Shown: positions 52,004 to 62,450 of the stretch, one piece after another
How the letters are laid out: each line of letters opens with the position of its first letter
Position numbering within the stretch: the stretch's first letter is position 1
From: Octopus sinensis
Lineage: Eukaryota
Assembly: GCF_006345805.1 (NCBI RefSeq)
Contig: NC_043000.1
Coordinates: 14,694,001-14,758,000 of the forward strand
Direction: 5' to 3'
DNA: 64,000 bases
Translations under genes and position numbers: made by a program
Notes under the pieces: model-generated
Seen by the model: only the letters and a program-made list of their open reading frames with translations
Database searches by the model: none
Told to the model about the DNA's origin: nothing

Positions 52004-52300
52004 ATGTGACGACCAGGCTATCAGATGTTGCTACACATCGCTGGTCACAATGCGCTTCACATTGTTTTAGCCTTCAAATGATGCCACCCTGCTGGCTAAG
52101 TGAGCAGGCCAACAGAAGAAAGAGTAAGAGAAAGTTGTGGCGAAAGAGTACAGCAGGGATCGCCACCATCCCCTGCCAGAGCCTTGTGGAGCTTTAGGTG
52201 TTTTCACTCAATAAACCCTCACAATGCCCGGTCTGGGAATCGAAACCGCGATCCTCTGACTGCGAATCCTCTGCCCTAACCACTGGGCCATTGCACCTCC
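52004..52300 (-). mobile_element. SINE family G head with a different 3' half
   Basis: Matches the 44408 copy for about 190 bp, then diverges. Confidence 0.78.
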
Positions 52301-53400
52301 ATACACACACACACACGCACACACACACACACACACATATATATAATCATTTAACATCTGCTTTCCATGCTGGCATGGGTTGGACAGTTTGTCAGGGACT
52401 GGCTTGGCAGAAGACTGCATCAGGCTTCACTGCCTGTTTTGGCATGGTTTTTATGGCTGGATGCCCTTCCTAATGCCAACCACCTTACAGACTGGACTGA
52501 GTGCTTTTTACTACACAGACACACACATATAATACAAACTATAAGTTTTGAGTACAAAGTAATTTATTTTATTTTGCAAGGAAGAGACAAAGATGTTCAA
52601 CATTTATCAAGGAAAAAAATGAGAGATGATTTCTTTCTTTTCTTTCCTGTTTTTTTTTTTTTTCTCTTTTTAAAGGATCACAAGGCAGAAGCCTTTTGGT
52701 TACAATAACCACATTTTGATGTTGATCCATCTTTAATTGACACTGATTGAATTTTTGTATATGATGTCAGCCTCACACTGATAAGGATTGATTGGGCTAT
52801 TTAATGGAAGATCTGATTGGGAATTAGATGTTAGAGATAGCATATATGATGAAATAATGCCTACATTGAGTGGGTTTTCATAGCAGTCATAGCTTGCTAC
52901 TTTAGAAGAACAGAGACTGCAACAGAAGTAATATTACTAGGAAAAGTTGTAAGAAAAGAGGCAGTAGAGCAGGTATTGTGTTGGTAAGGGCTTAGTTGCC
53001 AATCAGCCGAATCTCTTTTTTGGTTGTGGTCTAGGCTGTTTGTGTGTAACAGCAGCACCATCCTAGATAAGTGAGCAATATTTTCTTTGGGGTCTGAAAA
53101 AAAAAAAAGAAAGGAAAAAAGCATGACATACACAACTAAAAATGGTTGTCTCTCTCTCTGTTATGTACCAGATGACAAAGAACTGCAATAAATGGTGTAA
53201 CATGAGCCTCGTCAACATGATTAAATTGATGTAAAATGAAGATTTATGAACAACAAAATTTAAAATAATATTGTCTTTCATGAAGTAGTAGGTTAAAAAG
53301 TTCAGAACATGCTACAAGAGAAAATCATAAGTTATTGAACAATATTGATTATAAGAGAGATTTATCAAAGTTTTTTTTTATCTGTATTTTATGCTACGAT

Positions 53401-53745
53401 TGTACTTATTTGTACTTGTGATGGCGTTCACCCAGGGCGGGTTGAGCCAGCTTCTTCTCTGGTCCTAACGGCATCACGAACCATGGCGGCCCACACTCGA
53501 TGGTCCCATGCGAGGTCACTGGAGATAGTGAGCCATTCGTGGTTCCATCTGCGCAGACCGACCACCTGCGAACCTGATAATTTAGAGAGGTCCTCCTTTA
53601 TTGCCATTGCCCAGGTCTTCAGCTGTCCGCCCGTGTATTTGCGCCAGCTGGAAAGTGGAGGTGGACATCGCAAATCAGCTCACCCTCTGGACGCCGGGCC
53701 GCATGACCGAACCACCTTAAGCGCCGTTGTAAAAGCACCGAAGGA
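53401..53745 (-). mobile_element. 5'-truncated RTE-clade LINE 3' end
   Basis: Minus strand reads QRRLRWFGHAARRPEG then WRKYTGGQLKTW..KEDL..GLRRW..DHRVWAAMVRD*. Short (CAAGTA)-like repeat tail at about 53401-53418. GC- and CpG-rich. Confidence 0.85.
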
Positions 53746-54192
53746 TTAACTTACCAAAATCTGTGAAAGCAATGGTAAGAAACTATATCTTTAAGCCCCG
53801 TGTGTGCACACACGCACACACGGTGGGGAAATGGGTGTGCCTAGTGTACAACAATTTTACCATTCATATTTTGGTTCTTATTATTAATCACATGAAACTT
53901 TTTCATTTTGCATCATCACATGGGTTCCTATGCAGTTTGAGGAAGAAGGAAATAACATAAAAAGTGTTCAGCTTGATATGAAGTGCTTCTAGGAATTTTA
54001 TTATATATTGTGGGATCATGTGTTACCGAATATACGTAACAGATAAAGTAAAGGAATATCTAGTTCCGTCCCATGTTCTTTTCCCAGCCTTCCTCTTCCT
54101 AACATGGAAGGAAAACCTCTTATGGTAGCATAATTGTAACATTATCTCTAACTTCTTAGTCATGATTAGTACAAGCGAAACTGGTCAGCTAT

Positions 54193-54498
54193 ACTCTCTT
54201 TTACTTGTTTCAGTCATTTGACTGTGGCCATGCTGGAGCACTGCCTTTAGTCGAGCAAATCGACCCTCAGGACTTATTCTTTGTAAGCCCAGTACTTATT
54301 CTATTGGTCTCATACACACACATACATATATATATATACATATATACGACGGGCTTCTTTCAGTTTCCATCTACCAAATCCACTCACAAGGCTTTGGTCG
54401 GCCCGAAGCTATAGTAGAAGGTGCCACACAGTGGGACTGAACCCAGAACCATATGGTTGGTAAACAAGCTACTTACCACACAGCCACTCCTGCGCCTG
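54193..54498 (-). mobile_element. SINE family A with internal deletions
   Basis: Reverse copy. Confidence 0.85.
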
Positions 54499-55048
54499 TA
54501 AATATGTATGTAAATATAGCTATGTAAATATTTTATTTCATAAAAATATTTTGTCCAACATAAAATTTCAGTGCATTTTCCTTTTATATATTTTTTATTT
54601 TTCACTACAATTCACCACATGGGTGGGGAGGAGATCGAATATTTTAGTGTGTGTGTGTGTGTGGTATTTGTGTTTTCAAAAGTACAGTACTCCATACACA
54701 TTGTGTTAAACGTGTGTTGAATATTATTTCAGACTTACCAATGAATATAATTAGTTTCAAGAAACCTTTAAGTATGACAGAGTGAATCCAGTTTAACAAC
54801 AACTCAAATGTGTGTTTGTGTTTTATATGTGAAGCTGTGTTATTTTCCCCTTGCTAATTTTGACATTGGCTTCTGTAATCTCTTAATTTTGAAATATGAG
54901 TGGAATCTAATTTTAACAGGTAGACTTATGCATGCATTTACATTCTTTTCTTAAGGCTACACAGTGACTGTCGTAAAGTTTTGAACTTATGACCCATCGT
55001 ATTAACTTTATATCATTGAGTTTCATATTATATATATATTTGCCCATA

Positions 55049-55450
55049 TAGGCATAGGAGTGGCTGTGTGGTAAGTAGCTTGCTTACCAACCACATGGTT
55101 CCGGGTTCAGTCCCACTGCATGGCGCCTTGGGCAAGTGTCTTCTACTATAGCCTCGGGGCAACCAAAGCCTTGTGAGTAGATTTGGTAGACGGAAACTGA
55201 AAGAAGCCCGTCGTATATAAATATATGTGTGTGTGTGTGTATGTTTTGTATATCTGTGTTTGACTCCCCCCAACATCGGTTGACAACCGATGCTGGTGTG
55301 TTTACATCCCCGTAACTTAGCAGTTTGGCAAAAGAGACCGATAGAATAAGTACCTAGCTTACAAAGAATAAGTCCTGGGGTCGATTTGCTCGACTAAAGG
55401 CGGTGCTCCAGCATGGCCACGGTCAAATGACTGAAACAAGTAAAAGAGTA
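55049..55450 (+). mobile_element. SINE family A (young)
   Basis: Full-length; ends about 170 nt upstream of the exon 2 acceptor. Confidence 0.9.
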
Positions 55451-55617
55451 TATACATCATCTTTACTCCACAGATCTTTCTTGTTTGCTTGTGTGCTTAG
55501 GTAGGTGTGTGGACAGTGGGACTACATTAATAATTGTATTTTATTTTTTAAAAAAATATAACTGCCTTTTTTAAAACTGGTTTGTTAGCAGCTGTAACTA
55601 TTATTTTGTTGTTTCAG

Positions 55618-55708
55618 GTCAAAGCTAAATTCCATGAGGTTTTCAATGCAGTTGTCATTCAGCTTGGATTAAGAGAGACAGAGTACTTTGGATTATCTCT
55701 TTTAAAAG
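55618..55708 (+). CDS. Second coding exon of the FERM-domain protein: VKAKFHEVFNAVVIQLGLRETEYFGLSLLK(G/D)
   Basis: Acceptor ttattttgttgtttcAG and donor GTAACT (phase 1), open frame of 91 nt. The LGLRETEYFGL motif is characteristic of the FERM F1 (ubiquitin-like) lobe. The Expanded/FRMD6-like assignment is from recognition; PTPN13/FRMPD2-type FERMs are not excluded. Confidence 0.9.
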
Positions 55709-56808
55709 GTAACTATAAAGAATATTGTTAAAGTCTTTATAGACATACATAGATATAAAAAGAGCACTTTTATTTCAGCTGTTTCCAAAACAAATATGTC
55801 CGCAGCAGGTTATCATTTAAATAGATCCTATCAAAAGACAGGTTTCCTCAGAGATTTGTCTCTAAAATCTTTAATTATTTTTCCCTATTTTTCATAGAAT
55901 TTCAGCACTTCTTTATTTCTTTGTTTGTCATTGTGCTATTGGACAAAAATGTTCAGTATTCAAAGCCAATCAGTGTCTACAGAATATGCTCCATTGTCAG
56001 GGTGGATTATGTTGTGAATGGTCTTGTGCTGGGCTTGGATTGACACCAAGTAGAGAATAGTAACATCCGTGAATAATCTAAACGAAGTGGTTAGTTAAAA
56101 AAGAAAGAAAAAAAAAACGATACATTTGTCATGGTCGTTTTTTTTTGGTTTTTTTTGCCTCATGTCATCCCCTTTGAAGTAGACCTATAGATCAAAGCTA
56201 TTCCAGCTTTGATCATCCCATTCTTTTCGCAGACACAGTGTCTGGGACTGAATTATCTGTCTTTTCTTTTGTAAACGCTAAGGTGTGATTTGAAGGATAT
56301 TTAGCAACCATTTACCTATAGAATTTCTTTTGTTGGCTTCTCGGAAGATATTTTTTAGGTAGTAATGATAATAATTATTTAATTTAAACCATTTTGCAGG
56401 TCACTGATCTGGTCTTTGTTCTGACAGAAATCTGATAGATCATACTTTAAAACTCAAAGACCTGAAATATGATCATTCTTGGAGAAAGCGCTAAGGCTTG
56501 TAGAAATGATACAAAACATAGTTAAATGTTTCCCAGGTTTTCAGAATGTTTCTCTGTGTCCTGGCCAGGACAATATAGCAAGAAAAAAAGAACAACAGAA
56601 TGAAGCATTTTAGATTCAACTGAAAACTGAGACTGCTGCTACTGTTGATCAGGAAGTCATCAAGATGGTTATCTAATGGCAAAAGGATCCGATTTGTGTT
56701 TCATTACTTTGCTCAAATAACTTAAACCTCGGCCACAGTCCCTTTTAATTTTTCTTACTTGTTCCAGTCATTGGACTACTGCCATGGCAGGGCATTGCCA
56801 TGAAGAGT

Positions 56809-57037
56809 TTAACCCTTTAGTGTTCGCATTATTCTACCAAAATTAATCCTTTTTCATCCACATTGCCTTGAACTAATCAGGCATTATCTTGTAGCTTTGA
56901 GATTTTGATGAGGTAGCTGTTAATTTTTAAAACGATATTGTAGGGCTGGTGTGAGAGACCAGATCTGGCCAGTTTGAACATAAAACAGGCAGAATACTTT
57001 TGGCCGGATATGGCCAGTTTAAATGCTAAAGGGTTAA
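56809..57037 (-). mobile_element. MITE family D nested in an old SINE
   Basis: Reverse copy with TTAA ends. Confidence 0.88.
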
Positions 57038-58101
57038 TCAAACAAACCAAACCTGATGCTTATTTTCAAGTCTGGTACCCATTCTATTAATCTCTTTTTG
57101 CCAAACTGCTAAGCTGTGGAGATGTAAGCAAACCAACATCGGTTGTCAAGCAGTGTGTGTGGGGGGATAAACACAAAACACACACACATACACACACAAC
57201 AGGCTTGCACATAGTTTCCTTCTACCAAATCCACTCCCAAGGCATTAGTCAGCCCAGGCCTACAATAGAAGACACTATCCCAAGGTGCCACGCAGTGGGT
57301 TTGAACCTGAAATTACATGGTTGTGCAAAGTGAGCTCCTGAACGATACAGTTCCTAATTGTAATTAGGTGCCACAAGTACCAGAACTTAGAGAAAGAATG
57401 GGATTTCCATGCTGTGATTGACTGATGTACCACTCAAGAATAGGTGCATGTTTCAACTAGTTAACTCCATGAGAACTAAAGCAAACTCCAGCGCACTCCA
57501 TTCTTTATCATTAAACTGATGTCTCAGAAGGTTTCACAAAAAAAAAAAGCTATTGTGAGGAGGGTCAGCTGAGCAGTGTTAACTCTAAAGTAAAACCTCT
57601 CACATTAGGTGGTCCATGATTGAAAACACAAACAAAAAGTCAGTTGTTACATAGTTCGACATAAAAGAAAAAAATCATTTTAGATATTTATGAGGCATAC
57701 ACATAAAACCTAGTTCTGGGATTGAGGGTTTATATTCTACTATTAAAACTGTTTTTGTTCTCTCCCTAGAGCCTAATGCTCTTGACAAAGGCTTTAACAT
57801 CATAGCATTCTATCTCTTTGACTTACAACATTTGGTTTTTTGCTTATGCTTCAGTTACTATTATTATTATTATTATTACAGTTAGTAGAATTCCTAGCAC
57901 ACCAGACAAGTTTTTTTCATGGTATTTAGTTAGTAACAGCACTTTGTCTTCAGAGTTCAAATTCTGTCTGGGTTAGCTGTGCCTTTCATCTTTCCTGGGC
58001 TGATAAAAGAAGTACGGTTAAGTACTGGAGTTGGGAAGAGGGCAACATAATTAGCTACACATTTTCCCTAAAATTTGTGGCATTGTGCCAATGTAAGTTG
58101 C

Positions 58102-58121
58102 CATCATCATCACCACCACCA

Positions 58122-58171
<50 letters not shown>

Positions 58172-58180
58172 AATAATAAT
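58102..58180. repeat. (CAT)/(CAC)/(ATT)n trinucleotide repeat between two tail-to-tail old SINEs
   Basis: Seen directly. Confidence 0.9.
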
Positions 58181-58818
58181 TTTGGTACAAGGTCAACAAT
58201 TTCAGTGGGAGTGGGTAAGTTGATTGCATCAACCCCAATACTCAACTGGTACTTAATTTTGTTGACCCTGAAAGGAAGAAAGGCAAAGTTAACCTCTGCA
58301 TTTGAATTCAGAATGTAAGGGCATGCTAATGATTCTACCAGCTAATAATAATAATAATAATAATAGTAATGCCACGAAAGACAAGGTCAGTCTTAGTGGA
58401 ATTTGAACTTAGAGCCTGAAGAGGGATGAAATGCTGTGAAGCATTTTTACCTAGCAATCAGTGACCTTGGTTCTTTTAGAATTTAAAATTCAGTACTTCA
58501 CCATTTTAATTTTGAATATCCTACCAGAATATATCTCCCTATCGTTCTCAGGCATTTATGGAATAAGCACCAGTGATAATATAATTTAAGTTAATGTTAA
58601 TATATACCAATTCCTGTACATTGTCATTCATATAAAAGGAAATAGCTTTGTATCTTACTGGTTGTTATTGTTGCTTAACCCCTACTTTTTTTTTCTTTTT
58701 TTTTTTTTCTTCAAATGGGCAGAGTGTAAGATTTGAGATGGGTTTGGTTGCTATTTCTTGCAGCTCATGCACCATAGGCTTGCTTTGGGTTTTGGTGATG
58801 ATCAACAATTGATGGTGT

Positions 58819-59051
58819 TTAACCCTTTAGCATGCATTTATACCGGCCATATCCGGCCAAAAGTATTCTGCCTGTTTTATGTTCAAACTGGCCAGATCTG
58901 GTCTCTCACACCAACCCTACAATATCGTTTGAAAGATTAACAGCTACCTCATCAAAATCTCATAGCTACAAGATGATGCATGATTAGTTCAAAACAGTGT
59001 GGATGAAAAAGCATTAATTTCGGCAGAATAATGCGAACACTAAAGGGTTAA
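58819..59051 (+). mobile_element. MITE family D
   Basis: TTAACCCTTTAG...CTAAAGGGTTAA. Confidence 0.88.
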
Positions 59052-59696
59052 AGTGTGCAAAGTAAAACAGTGTTTGAAGTAATTGTGGTGTAGCATCTGT
59101 GTGAGTGTGCGCTAAGAAAGACAGGTGGGAAGGAATTACAAGTGTAAACCTTTCCAGCTTAGCAAAGAAAATGAATGCGATGGATTATGATGATGATGAT
59201 GATAATCATGTTGTCGTCATCGTTTTCTTCCTCCTCCTCATCATCATCATAACTCTTCTCCAGTTTCATCAAAGATTTCCAAAACATATTTCTGGCATCT
59301 TCTTCCTCTACAATATACATTATACCATTCTGTTGAGCCATTAGCATGCTATGACTCATTAGAGCCTCACTCAGGTAGGAGACCTCATACATCAGATACA
59401 CATGTAAAAATACTCCTTCGTCAGTTTGGAGTCTTCTGCAGAAGTCAAAATGCTACTGTTAATGCTATTTTCCTGCTAAACTTGTTTGGTTTAAACAAGT
59501 GGAACTTGCTTTTGTTTTTTCATCTTTCTCTCTCTCTCTCACACACATCTATCTGTCTGTCTGTCTGTCTGTCTCTCTGTATGCCTACTTATTTCTGTGT
59601 CTGCCTATTTGCCTGCCTGTCTATCTGTCTAGCCATCCAGCCAGCTGTCATTAGAATTTAGAAACTCCAAAAGACATGGAATAATTCAATTTTAAC

Positions 59697-59861
59697 AGGC
59701 GCATGAGTGGCTGTGTGGTAAGTAGCTTGCTAATCAACCACATGGTTCCGGGTTCAGTCCACTGCGTGGCATCTTGGGCAAGTGTCTTCTGCTATAGCCC
59801 CGGGCTGACCAATGCCTTGTGAGTGGATTTGGTAGACAGAAACTGAAAGAAGCCTGTCGTA

Positions 59862-59950
<89 letters not shown>

Positions 59951-60165
59951 CTGCATGTTTGTGTGTCTGTGTTTGTCCCCCCCCCAACATCGCTTGACAA
60001 CCGATGCTGGTGTGTTTACGTCCCCGTCACTTAGCGGTTCGGCAAAAGAGAATGATAGAATAAGTACTGGGTTTACAAAGAATAAGTCCCGGGGTCGATT
60101 TGCTCGACTAAAGGCGGTGCTCCAGCATGGCCGCAGTCAAAATGGCTGAAACAAGTAAAAGAGTA
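59697..60165 (+). mobile_element. SINE family A (young)
   Basis: Full-length. Confidence 0.9.
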
Positions 60166-60493
60166 AAGGAGAAAGAGAGAGTGGAAGTAGAAAAATGCCA
60201 AAAATAATAGCATGTACATAAGTGGGTTAAAAAGCTTTTTTGGATAGGAAAAAGAAGGCTGCTCTTGGGACACAGACTCACATCTTCTGTAAACAAACTT
60301 CTTTGAGTTCCACTTTAAAAATCTAATTATATAGCTGTGTGGAGGCGCAGGCATGGCTGTGTGGTAAGAAGCTTACATGGTTTTAGGTTCAGTTCCACTG
60401 TGTGGCACCATGGGCAAGTGCCTGACTGTGGACTCCGGCTAACTAAAGCCTTGTGAGTGGATTTTGTAGACAGAAACTGAATGCCTGTCATAT

Positions 60494-60900
60494 ACTCTCT
60501 TTACTCTTTTACTTGTTTCAGTCATTTGATTGCGGCCATGCTGGAGCACCGCCTTTAATGGAGCAACTCGACCCCGGGACTTATTCTTTTTGTAAGCCCA
60601 GTACTTATTCTATCGGTCTCTTTTGCCGAACCGCTAAGTAACGGGGACATAAACACACCAGCATCGGTTGTCAAGCAATACTGGGGGGACAAACACAGAT
60701 GCACAAACACACACGCATATATATATATATATATATACTACGGGCTTCTTTGAGTTTTCGTCTACCAAATCCACTCACAAGGCTTTGGTCGGCCCGAGGC
60801 TATAGTAGAAGACACTTGCCCAAGATGCCATGCAGTGGGACTGAACCCGGAACCATGTGGTTGGTAAACAAGCTACTTACCACACAGTCACCCCTGCACC
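60494..60900 (-). mobile_element. SINE family A (young)
   Basis: Full-length reverse copy, adjoining an older + strand head at 60343-60490. Confidence 0.9.
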
Positions 60901-61030
60901 TATATATATGTATATTTATATAAATTAAAATACTGAGGGTAGAAATTGATATCAATCAATTAACATCAATTTAAACCATTGGTCTAACATATTCAAAAAA
61001 TAAAAAATCCAAAGATTAAAAAATTATATT

Positions 61031-61289
61031 ACAATTAATAAGAGGAATGACCACTAAAGTGGATTCCTATACACTAGAAATAGACATCAAATTGCCTTAC
61101 CACAAAGAGTGTGTTCTCAAGAAAAGAAAAAAAACAGCAAATGCCAAAATGTAAATGCCTTGCTTATTTTTTACATTTTGGCATTTGCTGGGTTTTTTCT
61201 TGAGAACACACTCTTTGTGTTTAGGCGATTTGACGTCTATTTCTAGCAAATAGGAATCCACTTTAGTGGTCATTCCTCTTATTAATTGT
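61031..61289. repeat. Long inverted repeat (arms of about 120 bp) with an unpaired extension on the left, in TA-rich flanks
   Basis: Arms 61031-61155 and 61170-61289, 14-nt loop. Confidence 0.85.
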
Positions 61290-61296
61290 TATATAT

Positions 61297-61634
61297 CCAT
61301 TCGTGTCCATTGCCAGCCTCGCCTGGCCCTCGTGCCGGTGGCACGTAGCCCCATCCATTCGTGGCCATTGCCAGCCTCTCCTGGCCCCCGTGCCGGTGGC
61401 ACGTAAAAGCACCATCCGTTCGTGGCCGTTTGCCAGCTCCGTCTGGCACCTGTGCGTGTGGCACGTAAAAAGCACCCACTAACTCACGGAGTGGTTGGTG
61501 TTATGAAGGGCATCCAGCCGTAGAAACACTGCCAGATCAGACTGGGCCTGATGCAGCCTTCTGGCTTCACAGACCCCAGTTGAACCGTCCAACCCATGCT
61601 AGCATGGAAAGCGGACACTAAATGATGATGATGA
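61297..61634 (+). mobile_element. SINE family C with three modules of about 58 bp
   Basis: Young, CpG-rich copy. Confidence 0.82.
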
Positions 61635-62076
61635 TATATATATATTACGGAGATGTACTCGCATAGCAAGTAATTTGATCTGAGATCGTGTGCTGAAACG
61701 AAAACAATTGCAGCGTGGAAGGTGTTTATAAGCCATTTAAGAAACACACAAAAGCCGTTCGATTCACTTCAACATTTAAGTTTAATTTGTCAAAATATTT
61801 TCATCGCTAAAATCCGCGACCTGTTCACTGACAAAGTCCGTGCTGCATCTCTGTGTTTATATATATATATGTGTGTGTGTGTGTGTTTGTCTGTCTGTTC
61901 ACCCATCGTCATGGTGTGTTTGCATCCCTGTAACTTAGAGGTTCAGCAAAAGAGACTGATAGAATAAGTACCAGGCTTAAAAAGAAAAGAAAAGTACTAG
62001 AGTCAATTCATTTGACTAAAAATTCAAGGCACTACCCCATCGTGGCTGCCGTCAAATGACTGAGACAAGTAAAAGA

Positions 62077-62450
62077 AGCTTGCTTCCTAACTACATGGTA
62101 CTGGATTCAGTCCCCCTATGTAGCACCAGGCTGACTGAAGCCTCATAAGTGGATTTAGTTGAGGGAAACTGAGAGAAGCCTGTTTGTGTGTAGGGTGGGG
62201 GTGGGGGGAGAGTGCGTGTATACATTTTGCTGTCTCCTTGTCTTGACATCATGTAATAGTTGTAAATGAATGTCACTGTCATACAAACATTATCATTCCT
62301 TTCTGATATTCTTTGAGAATATGTCTGGCCATAGGGAAACATTACCTTACTTAGAAACAGGGAAATGTTGGCAACAGGAAAAGCATCTGGCTGTAGAAAA
62401 TCTGCCTCAAACTCCATGCAAGCACGGAAAGTAGACATGAAAGTAATGAT
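62077..62450 (+). mobile_element. Older SINE with A-type head and C-like tail
   Basis: Head followed by ..ttggcaacaggaaaagcatctggctgtagaaaa..catgcaagcacggaaagtagac. Confidence 0.7.

Larger units (their letters stand above)
42849..55617 (+). other. Phase-0 GT-AG intron (12,769 nt) of the FERM gene
   Basis: GTAAGT...TTTCAG boundaries; the flanking exons join in frame. Confidence 0.85.

Noticed and set aside
59105-59401. Acidic or hydrophobic ORFs on both strands
   Set aside because: They derive from (GAT)/(CAT)/(CCT) low-complexity repeats; no splice or homology support.
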